Of a DNA stretch of 51,730 nt, positions 19,537-29,053 are shown piece by piece (position 1 is the stretch's first letter; each line of letters opens with the position of its first letter). Source of the stretch: Alphaproteobacteria bacterium (GTDB lineage: Bacteria; Pseudomonadota; Alphaproteobacteria; CAAHEQ01; UBA3637); NCBI GenBank assembly GCA_045536135.1, contig JAZSNA010000008.1, positions 1-51,730 on the forward strand, read 5' to 3'. The notes beneath the pieces are model-generated. The model worked only from the letters and a program-made list of their open reading frames with translations. It was not told where the DNA came from and did not search any database. The translations under genes were made by a program, and so were the position numbers.

Positions 19537-20139
19537 ATGGATTTACCTATTAAAACACCACATCTGTTATTGGATGATTTCAAGTTAGATGACCGACAAG
19601 ATTTATTGGAAATTGCTATGGCAATGAAGCTTAAAGCCCAACAATGCCCAGGTTATTTCCCTTATTATGCTTTTGCAGATGAGAATAAAAATATCGGAAT
19701 TCAAGTTGCTGATTTTTTAATTAAGACTTTTCGAGAACAAAAAAATCCTAATCGTTCATCTTTTCATTTAGGTGTATATACAAAATCTAAAAAACTTATC
19801 GGTGGAATTGCTGTTGATATGAAACCTATTTGGGCGAATGGAAAAGAAATGTATGGGGATATCGGATATTTTATTCATCCGAATTTTGGTGGAAAAGGTT
19901 TAGCCAGTGAAGCTGTTATCGGTTTACTGTTTAAATATTTTCAAAAATTTGATTCTTTGGATTTAACCGTACATCCGGAAAATCATTTTTCGTTGAATCT
20001 TGTCAAAAAAATCGGTGGAAAAAATATCGGACAAATTGAAAAATCCACATATAAAAATGAACCTCGACTTCTTATCAAAATAGACCGAAGTGATTTTGTT
20101 AAAAAAGCCTATAACATTAATCAAAAAATTATCGGATAA
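19537..20139 (+). CDS. GNAT family N-acetyltransferase (RimJ/RimL-like)
   Basis: IKTPHLLL, DIGYFIHPNFGGKGLASEAV, VHPENHFSLNLVKKIG. Confidence 0.88.
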   Translation: MDLPIKTPHLLLDDFKLDDRQDLLEIAMAMKLKAQQCPGYFPYYAFADENKNIGIQVADFLIKTFREQKNPNRSSFHLGVYTKSKKLIGGIAVDMKPIWANGKEMYGDIGYFIHPNFGGKGLASEAVIGLLFKYFQKFDSLDLTVHPENHFSLNLVKKIGGKNIGQIEKSTYKNEPRLLIKIDRSDFVKKAYNINQKIIG

Positions 20140-20142
20140 AAA

Positions 20143-20772
20143 ATGTTTGATGATACAAAGTTAAAAGAACCATCGTTTATATTTGAAATCGAGAATCCGC
20201 CTCGATTAACTTTAATTGACGGACGAAATCATATTTATTTTAATTCAAAATTCACATCAGATAATCGCACTCGAACATATATCTTTCAGATGTTAATACA
20301 GGCTCAAAAATTTTTACCGAGCGGATATTATTTTATCCTTTATGAAGGTATTCGTTCTTTATCGGATCAGATTAAACTTTGGAATGAAATTATTAAACAG
20401 AAAAAAAATGAATTTCCAGACTTGGATATCAACAGTGAAGAATTTTTATCTATTTGTAATGAATTTGTTGCAAATCCGTATCGGCAAGGTTCCGGACATC
20501 AAAGTGGAGGCAGTATTGATGTTTCTTTAGTTAATGAAAATGGGATTGAATATGATATGGGTGGGGCGGTTCGCGGTTTTAATTGCCATCCTTCTATGGA
20601 AGATTTAAATATATCCGCCGAAGCGATGAAAAACAGAAAAATTTTAAAAACAGCATTGGAAAGTGTCGGTTTCATCAATTATCCACCGGAATGGTGGCAT
20701 TATTCTTTCGGAGATCGCCTATGGGCTCGTTTAACTCAATCTCCAATTGCTTTTTTTGATAAAATAAAATAA
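20143..20772 (+). CDS. ddpX: D-alanyl-D-alanine dipeptidase (peptidase M15D, VanX/DdpX family)
   Basis: YEGIRS..Q, SGHQSGGSIDVSL (SxHxxGxxxD), YDMGG, EWWHYSFGD. Confidence 0.88.
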   Translation: MFDDTKLKEPSFIFEIENPPRLTLIDGRNHIYFNSKFTSDNRTRTYIFQMLIQAQKFLPSGYYFILYEGIRSLSDQIKLWNEIIKQKKNEFPDLDINSEEFLSICNEFVANPYRQGSGHQSGGSIDVSLVNENGIEYDMGGAVRGFNCHPSMEDLNISAEAMKNRKILKTALESVGFINYPPEWWHYSFGDRLWARLTQSPIAFFDKIK

Positions 20773-20878
20773 AAGACTTGAAAAAATATTAAAAATCAGT
20801 TATAGTGTCTTTGTTAACATGATATGGTTCATGTTCAGTTCTTAAATATAGAACTTTAAAGAAAGAAAAATCAAGAAA

Positions 20879-21271
20879 ATGAAACAAAACAGAAATCGTT
20901 CTAACGGTCGCCGTTATGGGTCCAATCATAAATCTTTTTTCATTACCAAAAATACACCTTTTGACAGTTCTTCTCCTTTCGGGCGAATGAAAGGAACATC
21001 CAGTCAATTGGTCGAAAAGTATCAATCCTTGGCCAAAGATGCCAAAAGCAATAATGATATGGTTTTATATCAAACTTATTTACAATATGCAGATCATTAC
21101 GGTCGGATGTATGTTTTGGCTTGTCAAAATGAAAAACCAAAACGTCAACAACAACCGTCAACAAATGAAGAAATCGTCAATACAACTCCTGCCTCAGAAG
21201 AGGCAGCTTTGGAAATCGATATTCCGTCAATTGAAATTCCGGAAATAATTTCAATTGACGACGAAGAATAA
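20879..21271 (+). CDS. DUF4167 domain protein
   Basis: Basic N-terminus then FDSSSPFGRMKGTSSQLVEKYQSLAKDA..YLQYADHY.R, typical alphaproteobacterial DUF4167. Confidence 0.85.
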   Translation: MKQNRNRSNGRRYGSNHKSFFITKNTPFDSSSPFGRMKGTSSQLVEKYQSLAKDAKSNNDMVLYQTYLQYADHYGRMYVLACQNEKPKRQQQPSTNEEIVNTTPASEEAALEIDIPSIEIPEIISIDDEE

Positions 21272-21319
21272 AGATATTATTAACCTCTTTGATTTAAAAT
21301 CGATTCGAAAGAGGTTTAA

Positions 21320-21934
21320 ATGGATATTAATTATTCCAATAATGTTAATCCAGAAGCTCGGCTCATACCGAGACGGTTGTCTTTGTCGGATTTAATATCA
21401 TCCAATCAAATCATCATAATTCCAAGTGGGTTTTATCCGGAAAAATTAACTCATCAAATAATTTCAACTCAGATTTGTCAAAAATTACCTCATACACTTC
21501 AAAAAACTTTTTATAATCAAGGCGACCTTGTTATTTTAAGTATCACCAATATATCGGAAGTTTTAAGTTTTTACTTTAAAAATCAAAATTTTTCACCAAA
21601 AGATACATTAACGGATTTTGAAAAAAATTTATCAAATAAATTTCTATCCGGTATTGCGGATAAATTGGGTTTTACACCATCGTCCGTTCCACTGAAATCC
21701 GAACGCTTAATTACAAGTGAATTTATTTATCACAATGTTCATGTTTTCTTATCAAAAGAAGCACCTCCTCAAATTTCATGGAAGGATGATTGGGAAAAAG
21801 TCATTCAACGAATCCCGATTAAGATTCATTCTTCAATCGGTCAATCTTCTTTTAAAATCAAAGATATTTTATCGTGGGCAATCGGAGATGTTATAAAAAT
21901 AGATATTCAATCTGATGAAAGGTTAAAATCATGA
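21320..21934 (+). CDS. Shortened, divergent FliM-like protein (C-terminal SpoA domain)
   Basis: TLTDFEKNL..FL (cf. FliM T.IE..L) and IPIKIHSSIGQSSFKIKDILSWAIGDVIKI (SpoA); ends early. Confidence 0.6.
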   Translation: MDINYSNNVNPEARLIPRRLSLSDLISSNQIIIIPSGFYPEKLTHQIISTQICQKLPHTLQKTFYNQGDLVILSITNISEVLSFYFKNQNFSPKDTLTDFEKNLSNKFLSGIADKLGFTPSSVPLKSERLITSEFIYHNVHVFLSKEAPPQISWKDDWEKVIQRIPIKIHSSIGQSSFKIKDILSWAIGDVIKIDIQSDERLKS

Positions 21935-22290
21935 CAACAGCATTTAACATCATTATTATTGTTTTATTAGTTTATGCCATCGGGTATGCTTTGGTCATCA
22001 ACTATCGATTAAATCTTTTTGAAAAGAATAAACAAGATATTATTCGGCGAATTGCGGATTTTAATCAACAAATTTTATCGGAACAAAAGGCTTTTTATCA
22101 GATGAATCTTGAATATAAAAAAATGATGGACGATTTAAATAATTTAATAAAAAAAGCTTCAATTATCCGTTCGGATTTATCTCAAATTACACCGGCAAAT
22201 TCAAAAGTTGAAGAAAAAAATATCGAACCGACAGAGATGGCAGACTTATCCGAAGTTGAAAAAGAACTTTTAAAAAAAATTAACGCCTAA
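21931..22290 (+). CDS. Single-TM coiled-coil protein, DUF6468-like
   Basis: FNIIIIVLLVYAIGYALVINYRL..; ends SEVEKELLK; position after a fliM-like gene. Confidence 0.55.
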   Translation: MTTAFNIIIIVLLVYAIGYALVINYRLNLFEKNKQDIIRRIADFNQQILSEQKAFYQMNLEYKKMMDDLNNLIKKASIIRSDLSQITPANSKVEEKNIEPTEMADLSEVEKELLKKINA

Positions 22291-24394
22291 ATCGAGAAAA
22301 AAATCTTTTTTTTCGTTCACAATCGATAATCGAAAAAATCAATCCGCCCGTTAACGGGACGCATTCCTTTAAAATACAATCCAACATTTGTCCGATATAA
22401 AAAGTCTTTTTATTTTCTTTACAAAATAATATCTGTTTGTTTTCAAGATATTCAAAATAACCATCCAAAGATGAAATCGGGATTAACCCATCCGCCATAA
22501 AATCATCCAATCGAACAAAAAGACCGAATGATGAAACTGACGAAACTCGAACACGGAATTTTTCACCGATACGGTCTGCTAAAAATCCGGCAACATATCG
22601 ATCAATCGCCTCCATTTCCGCTTGATCTGATTCTCTTTCCGTTGCGGAAATATGGGTGGCGATTTTTTCATAAGTGCTTATCGGACTTTCCATCATGGGT
22701 AATCCGCCATCGCCCAAATTCAATGCCGTTATCAAAGCCCGATGTATCAAAATATCGGAATACCGACGAATAGGGGAAGTAAAGTGTGCATAATCGGTCA
22801 AAGCTAAACCATAATGCCCAACATTTGTCGGACTATATTCTGCTTTTGATTGTGTCCGTAAAATCATTTCCTGCATCGATATATTATTATTTTGATGAAG
22901 TATTAAATTAAATTCTTTCGGTGACGGTTGACCAGATAAGCGGTAAGGCGTTTTATTTTCCATTAAATAATTTTTAAAGTTATTCAGTTTATCTTCCGAC
23001 GGTCGTTCATGTACACGATACATCACCGGCATTTGCTTTTCTTGTAAAATCTTGGCTGATGCAACATTAGCCAAGATCATCATTTCTTCAATTAATTTAT
23101 AACTTTCATATTGGGGACGAAGATGAATATCCTTTACCCGACCGCCAGAAGTTAATACAACCTGCATTTCAGGCATATTAATTTCCAAAACATTTCGGTT
23201 TTGACGTGCCTTTAACAAAGACAAATAAGCTCCTTGCAAATGATTTATTCGTACATCCGTTTCTTGATTCTTTTGAATATAGTCTTCTACAAAAGTATAT
23301 GTAAAACGTCCGGTTGATTTAATCATCGCCCGATAAAATAAATATGTTTTTAAATTACCGTTTTGATCGATTGTCATGTCCGCAACAATCGCTCCACGTT
23401 TTTTATTCGGTTGAAGCGAACAAAGTTCATTTGATAATCTTTCCGGAAGCATTGGAACAACCCGATCCGGAAAATATGTTGAGTTTCCGCGTTTAAAAGC
23501 TTCCTTATCCAAGGCCGAATTCGGACGGACATAATAGGCGACATCTGCAATCCCAACCATAATATGCCACCCATTTTCAATCGGTTCGGCAAAAACAGCA
23601 TCATCAAAGTCCTTGGCATCTTCCCCGTCAATTGTTATAAATGGAATATGGGTCAAATCTTTTCGATCTTTCATCGTCGGATTTTTAGCATCTTGCGCTT
23701 CTTGTAAAACACTTTCCGGAAACTCAAACGGAAGCATATGTGCCGACATTGAAATTATTGTTGCGGAAAAAGCATCCTTCGCTGATGCAATTTTTCGAAT
23801 AAAATGAGCCATCGGCTTTCGAGTTGATAAAGTTGGAACATCCACCAAGATAATATCTTCGTTTTCCAAATCTGTCGGGAAAGATGAATCAGTCCATAAA
23901 ACCGTCTTATCCCGCCGATTGACTGATACGATTCGACCGTCATAATAAACACCGACAAACTGATTCATTCCACCGGATATACGACGTAAAGGCAAACCTT
24001 GATATACTTTAGATGAAATCTGGCTCAATCGACACAGAATAATATCCCCTACCCCTAAAACCGGTTTAATTTTCGGATTATCCTCAATTAAAATTTGCGG
24101 TGATAATTCCGTATCCCATTTAATCGGACGACCGATTAAATCGCCATTGGTATCCGTTCCGGTGATGTGAACAACACATCGATCCAAACTATTTTCCAAT
24201 CGACCCAAAGAATGACCGTGTTTTGTAGCCAATCCTTTAACCTCAATTTCCTTTAAAAGATTTTTCAAATATCGACGATTATCACCCTTTATTTTGAATT
24301 GTCGAGCAATTGTCCTTTTTGATATCGGCTTTTCCTGATTGTTGATATAATCAAGAATATCCTGCATCGAAGGCAATGTACTTTTTTTATTCAT
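22280..24394 (-). CDS. rnr: Ribonuclease R
   Basis: ITIDGEDAKDFDDAV, GNSTYFPDRVVPMLPERLSNELCSL, YAHFTSPIRRYSD, N-terminal HTH and C-terminal S1; ATG at 24394 preferred over TTG 24400. Confidence 0.95.
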   Translation of the reverse strand: MNKKSTLPSMQDILDYINNQEKPISKRTIARQFKIKGDNRRYLKNLLKEIEVKGLATKHGHSLGRLENSLDRCVVHITGTDTNGDLIGRPIKWDTELSPQILIEDNPKIKPVLGVGDIILCRLSQISSKVYQGLPLRRISGGMNQFVGVYYDGRIVSVNRRDKTVLWTDSSFPTDLENEDIILVDVPTLSTRKPMAHFIRKIASAKDAFSATIISMSAHMLPFEFPESVLQEAQDAKNPTMKDRKDLTHIPFITIDGEDAKDFDDAVFAEPIENGWHIMVGIADVAYYVRPNSALDKEAFKRGNSTYFPDRVVPMLPERLSNELCSLQPNKKRGAIVADMTIDQNGNLKTYLFYRAMIKSTGRFTYTFVEDYIQKNQETDVRINHLQGAYLSLLKARQNRNVLEINMPEMQVVLTSGGRVKDIHLRPQYESYKLIEEMMILANVASAKILQEKQMPVMYRVHERPSEDKLNNFKNYLMENKTPYRLSGQPSPKEFNLILHQNNNISMQEMILRTQSKAEYSPTNVGHYGLALTDYAHFTSPIRRYSDILIHRALITALNLGDGGLPMMESPISTYEKIATHISATERESDQAEMEAIDRYVAGFLADRIGEKFRVRVSSVSSFGLFVRLDDFMADGLIPISSLDGYFEYLENKQILFCKENKKTFYIGQMLDCILKECVPLTGGLIFSIIDCERKKRFFSRFRR

Positions 24395-26177
24395 TTTCAA
24401 TATTAAAGGTTTGATATATTAAATCCGTATTCACTGAAATTTTTAAATCCATTTGAGCAATCAATGATTTAATAAATGATTGAGCAACTTTGGCCGAATA
24501 TTCCTTTTGATAAACTTTTAATTCATCATCGGTTACATCTGTCGGATATTTTATATCCTTCACATTGTAAATTATAAAACCTTCTGGTGTCAGTGTCGAA
24601 TTCCATTCATTCAAATTGGCTGCGAATAAACTTTCCTTTAATACCGAGTTTAATGTCGGATCATCTTTTGTCACACTTAAATCTTTTTCAGAAATTTGCT
24701 TAAACAATTTTATTGTTTTGGCAGAATTTCCGCCTTTGATTAAAGTCAATACTTCATTTGCTTTTTCATTCATTAAGGCGGTCTTTTGATCAAGTTTCCA
24801 TTGATCAACAATTTGTGCATCCGCTTCATCTATTGTTTTCATCCGAGCCGGTGTAATTGATAAAACCTGTGCCACAATAACTTCTTCACCAAACGGGTAT
24901 AACAAAGTTGATTGTTCCGGATTTAAAACAAATACTTCCTGAACTAATTCTACCGGCAATTCGGAATCGGATATATTTATCTTTTTATTTACTGTTGACA
25001 ATTTTCTTTGAGCCACAATATCGGACAATTTTTTGCCCATACCCAATTCATCATCAATTTGATTTTTTAATTCATCAATGATACCATATCCTTTTTGTTC
25101 TTTGATTGTTTTAATAATATCATTCCGAACGGTTTTTAATTCCGATTTTGTTTCCGGAACAATTTTTTCCACTCGGAAATAATGAGTTCCAAGAGGGCTG
25201 GTAACCGGGCCGGATATTTTATCTTTTTCCGCATTGAAAAAGGCATCTCCCAATTCTTCAAAGACAGATGTTTTTTCCAATTCGCCCATATCAACGGCTT
25301 GTTTATTAAATTCCGCTTCATTCATTTCTGTTTCTTGGTCATCAGTCAACAAGACTTGTTTAACCGTCCGTTTTTCCGGAACCGTAAATTGGGCGATATT
25401 TTCTTGATAATAAGCCAGAACTTCGTCATCTGAAACTGTCATCGTTTCCATTATCGAAGGAACGGATAACTTCAAGATTAAAACTTCACGTTCTTCCGGT
25501 ATCCATAAATCATCCGACATTGCTTCATAATAAGCTTGCTTTTCTTCCGGAGTTATTTTTAAATCTAAAACCAAATCCTCTGTTTTTAAAGATAAAATTT
25601 TGACATCACGAGTCTGATTTTCCTGTATATACATTTTTTTCAAAACCTCTGTCGGTGGGGCAATCATTCCGGCCAACGCATCCGACAGTTGTTTGGAAGC
25701 CAATTCCAAACGTAATTGAGCAATAAAATCTTTTTCTGAAATCTGTAAAGCTCTTAAATAAGATAAGAAGAACTGGCGATCAAATTGTCCGGACATATTT
25801 TGAAAATTTTGATTATTGACAATATAATTTGATACGGCCGTATCAGATGCAACAAGGCCATATTTTTCCGTCAACTGTTCCATCAAAGAATGTTGAATTT
25901 TCTCGGCAATGACAACTTCCAATAAACCGGCTTGAACGGCTTGTGATGGTGTAATATATTGTCCCATCGCTTGAAGCGAAGCAATTTTCTGTCTGAAAGA
26001 GCGATCTAAATCAATAACAGATATCTTTTTTTCACCCACCGTAATCGCCGTATCATCTTTTCCAAAAAAATCGGAAAGTCCGGTAATACCGAAAACCGAT
26101 ATCATACTTAAAGCCAATAAAGAAAAAATTATTTTGGCCACCCACGTTTCACTGAAATTTCTAAAAAACTGTATCAT
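24387..26177 (-). CDS. ppiD: PpiD-like periplasmic chaperone (SurA N-terminal domain, degenerate rotamase)
   Basis: MIQFFR..WVAKIIFSLLALS TM anchor, GQFDRQ, PEKRTVKQV, SGPVTSPLGTH; start moved to ATG 26177 with GGAAGG SD. Confidence 0.8.
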   Translation of the reverse strand: MIQFFRNFSETWVAKIIFSLLALSMISVFGITGLSDFFGKDDTAITVGEKKISVIDLDRSFRQKIASLQAMGQYITPSQAVQAGLLEVVIAEKIQHSLMEQLTEKYGLVASDTAVSNYIVNNQNFQNMSGQFDRQFFLSYLRALQISEKDFIAQLRLELASKQLSDALAGMIAPPTEVLKKMYIQENQTRDVKILSLKTEDLVLDLKITPEEKQAYYEAMSDDLWIPEEREVLILKLSVPSIMETMTVSDDEVLAYYQENIAQFTVPEKRTVKQVLLTDDQETEMNEAEFNKQAVDMGELEKTSVFEELGDAFFNAEKDKISGPVTSPLGTHYFRVEKIVPETKSELKTVRNDIIKTIKEQKGYGIIDELKNQIDDELGMGKKLSDIVAQRKLSTVNKKINISDSELPVELVQEVFVLNPEQSTLLYPFGEEVIVAQVLSITPARMKTIDEADAQIVDQWKLDQKTALMNEKANEVLTLIKGGNSAKTIKLFKQISEKDLSVTKDDPTLNSVLKESLFAANLNEWNSTLTPEGFIIYNVKDIKYPTDVTDDELKVYQKEYSAKVAQSFIKSLIAQMDLKISVNTDLIYQTFNIENE

Positions 26178-26244
26178 AAAAAAACCTTCCTTTTCTAATA
26201 AGAGACAGTTTAAAATAAAAAGCAAAAAGTGTCAATCTTTTTTA

Positions 26245-27291
26245 TTACTCCAACCAAATATATTTAGACGGTTTTAATTGGTCGGATAAAATATCAATAA
26301 CATATTGTGCCACAATTGTTTCATTAAACAGTTTATAATACTTTTCAGACCCCTTTTTAGCCACTTTGGATCGAGCCATCGGGTGCAAAGTATAATATTT
26401 AATTTTTTCAAAAAATTCATCCGGTTCGTGGTAAAAACACATTTCATCATCATTGAAAAAACGTCGGTATCCCGTCCGATCATCAATCACACATAATTGT
26501 CCCGTCCCGATGATATGAGCAATCCGATCCGATGAATATAAATAAACTGAATTAATATGAGATAAATTCAATCCCATAGATGCATTTTTATAAGCATCCA
26601 AATAATCGGCTCCATTTAAAACGGGGGCATTTATTCCCGCCAAAAATAATTTAATATCCGGTATTTGTTTTTCTATCGAATTAACCAAATCCGACACGGA
26701 CATCATTGATCCGCAAAATTCCCGCATACCATTTGCCCGTCCGCAATACATTAAGTCAAAGGGTAAATCTTTTTGACGATAGACTTTAAAATCTTCCATA
26801 GACGCATCCACCGGATTTGGAACAAACCCCAAATATTTATCCGGACGATTAAACATCTTCAAGTACCGTTCGTCCGCCGTTGTGATAATCGTTGCATCCA
26901 CCACATCAATTTTGGATAATAAATTTTGAATATTATGATCTGCCAATTTAGGAACAATCCAATCTACATTATATTGCAATATTTTAATATTCGGATGTTT
27001 TTTTCTAATCAGCGCCAAAGTCTCGACTTTAATCGTATCTGCATGCCCCAATAAAATTGCATCCGGCTGGTATGAATCCACCACATTTTGTAAATGTTTT
27101 TGACTCCGCCAGTTGCCCAAAGCATTCATCGACCCTATAAATGAAAGGCTTCGAGACATATCCCGATCACTATATGTTCGGACACAATGTCCCAAACGAA
27201 TCAAGCCATTATTTAATTTTGTTGTTAAATTACTGATATAGTTTTGTTTTAAACGAAATTGATTAAAATTGGCAATATGTAATATCTTCAT
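26245..27291 (-). CDS. Glycosyltransferase, GT-B fold (CgeB/Glyco_trans_1_2-like)
   Basis: MKILHIA, KLNNGLIRLGH, MGLNLS..YLYSSDRIAHIIGTG; start moved to ATG 27291. Confidence 0.85.
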   Translation of the reverse strand: MKILHIANFNQFRLKQNYISNLTTKLNNGLIRLGHCVRTYSDRDMSRSLSFIGSMNALGNWRSQKHLQNVVDSYQPDAILLGHADTIKVETLALIRKKHPNIKILQYNVDWIVPKLADHNIQNLLSKIDVVDATIITTADERYLKMFNRPDKYLGFVPNPVDASMEDFKVYRQKDLPFDLMYCGRANGMREFCGSMMSVSDLVNSIEKQIPDIKLFLAGINAPVLNGADYLDAYKNASMGLNLSHINSVYLYSSDRIAHIIGTGQLCVIDDRTGYRRFFNDDEMCFYHEPDEFFEKIKYYTLHPMARSKVAKKGSEKYYKLFNETIVAQYVIDILSDQLKPSKYIWLE

Positions 27292-27349
27292 CACAAACCC
27301 CTTTAAAAGGGAGCTTATCCAAAAACGAAACAAAAGTCAAGCATCACTT

Positions 27350-27439
27350 TGGCGGAGAGAGAGGGATTTGAACCCCCGGTGCGGTTACCCACACAGTTGA
27401 TTTCGAATCAACCGCAATCGACCACTCTGCCATCTCTCC
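27350..27439 (-). tRNA. tRNA-Ser(CGA)
   Basis: Reverse complement GGAGAGATGGCAGAGTGGTCGATTGCG-GTTGA-TTCGAAA-TCAAC..long variable arm..GGTTCAAATCCCTCTCTCTCCGCCA. Confidence 0.96.
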
Positions 27440-27440
27440 G

Positions 27441-29051
27441 TCAGTTATTTTTTAAGTCATACGACAATAACAATCCGCCATCCGGAAGATAACTGGATGA
27501 CATTACCACATTTTTACCGTTTTGGCAAGTAATTTCTATTTTTTCTTCATCTGATTTATCCAACAGAATTTGTATTTTCTGTTTTATTTCATCCCAAACT
27601 TGTTCTTGATCGGTAATCTGTTTTTTCTGACGATCCAAAATATCAAAAATCGTTGGTTCCTGTTTTAAAAATAAATCACTTTCTTCCCAAATTTCTTTAT
27701 ATTTTGAATTGAACATTTTCAAACGACCGGATGCATTAAAAACCAATAAACCTTGGTTTGCATGTTCCAATATCGATTGCCCCATCGCAATCTGTTCATT
27801 AAAAGATTGTTCCAAAGATACTCGATCGGTCACATCATGAAAAACAGCCATTACCCCACCAAACGGATACGGTTGCATCGTTCTTTTTAATATCTTCCCC
27901 GTCGGCAGATATATAATTTGTTCCACCTCATGATTAAGAGTTGAAAATAATGTCAGTTCAGCATGTTTATATTCAATAAAATCTCCGGTTTCCGGCAGAA
28001 TTCTTTTTTGACGCAAATAATCCAATAAATCGCCGTAAGATATTTTTGAATTTAAATAACTGTCCTCTATATGCCATAAAATCCGATAAGCTTTATTCGT
28101 ATAAATAATATTTCCATCCACATCTAAAATCAAAATACCGGATGATAATTTATCCAAAACCTGATAATGAGTTGAAATATATTTACTCAAACTATTTTGT
28201 AAATCTTTTTCTTTTTGGTTAAATGTCAATGTGCCCATTGAAAATTTTTTACCATCAATTTCAATTGGCATTTCTGTCACCAAAACAGATTGGTATTGAT
28301 GCGAAAATAAAATTGTTCGACTTTCTTTTATAATCTGATTTTCCTTTAATGCTTTCAACGCTATAAATTTTAAAGGTCGATCTTTTTCGACTTCAAACTC
28401 TTTTTGAAAATCGATGACATCCATGGTATTCGCATCCATTCCTTTGGCATAAGCGTCATTACAATATTTTAAAATTAAGTCCTCATCTCTTATCCAAATC
28501 GGATAAGAAAAGCAATTCAAAACATGCGATAAAATATGTGTTTTATTTTCCAATTCTTTCTTCTGATTTTCCAAGTGTTCTTCTGATTTTTCATTCAACA
28601 GCCGAACCCATAAAACATCCGCCATTAAATGCCCCTCGATATCACAGCACCGAACACCGGTTATTTGAATTGACATTATTTTAAGATAATCTTGGACGAC
28701 TAAAACAAATTCTTGGCCATTAGAAACCAACTTATTCAAACAATCCTGTAATATTCCGCATTCGTCGGGATTAATTCGTTCCAATATATTTTTCCAACGA
28801 ATTTTCTCTTCGGTCAATCCCAAAAGAATACTTAATTTTCGAGAACAAAATTCAACGACATTTCTTTTTCTGAAATTGTATAAAAAACAAAAGTATCCGT
28901 CGCCCGAACTATTTAAAATTTCATTTAACTGATTAAAGACATAATCTTTCTTTTCACTTTTTCTATATAATTTATAATATAAAAAAATCACCCATACCGC
29001 TAATATTCCCAATAAAGAATATCCCCAAAAAATCCATTGTTTATCTGTCAT
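27441..29051 (-). CDS. Membrane-anchored multi-PAS protein, DivL-like, lacking HisKA/HATPase domains
   Basis: LDYLRQKRILPETGDF, LPTGKILK..QPYPFGGV..VFHDVTDRVSLE, GLLVFNASGRLKMFN, ends LPDGGLLLSY. Confidence 0.75.
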   Translation of the reverse strand: MTDKQWIFWGYSLLGILAVWVIFLYYKLYRKSEKKDYVFNQLNEILNSSGDGYFCFLYNFRKRNVVEFCSRKLSILLGLTEEKIRWKNILERINPDECGILQDCLNKLVSNGQEFVLVVQDYLKIMSIQITGVRCCDIEGHLMADVLWVRLLNEKSEEHLENQKKELENKTHILSHVLNCFSYPIWIRDEDLILKYCNDAYAKGMDANTMDVIDFQKEFEVEKDRPLKFIALKALKENQIIKESRTILFSHQYQSVLVTEMPIEIDGKKFSMGTLTFNQKEKDLQNSLSKYISTHYQVLDKLSSGILILDVDGNIIYTNKAYRILWHIEDSYLNSKISYGDLLDYLRQKRILPETGDFIEYKHAELTLFSTLNHEVEQIIYLPTGKILKRTMQPYPFGGVMAVFHDVTDRVSLEQSFNEQIAMGQSILEHANQGLLVFNASGRLKMFNSKYKEIWEESDLFLKQEPTIFDILDRQKKQITDQEQVWDEIKQKIQILLDKSDEEKIEITCQNGKNVVMSSSYLPDGGLLLSYDLKNN

Positions 29052-29053
29052 AA

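Noticed and set aside
20143-20772. Vancomycin-resistance gene
   Set aside because: No vanH/vanA/vanRS context; DdpX-type dipeptidases are common in Gram-negative bacteria
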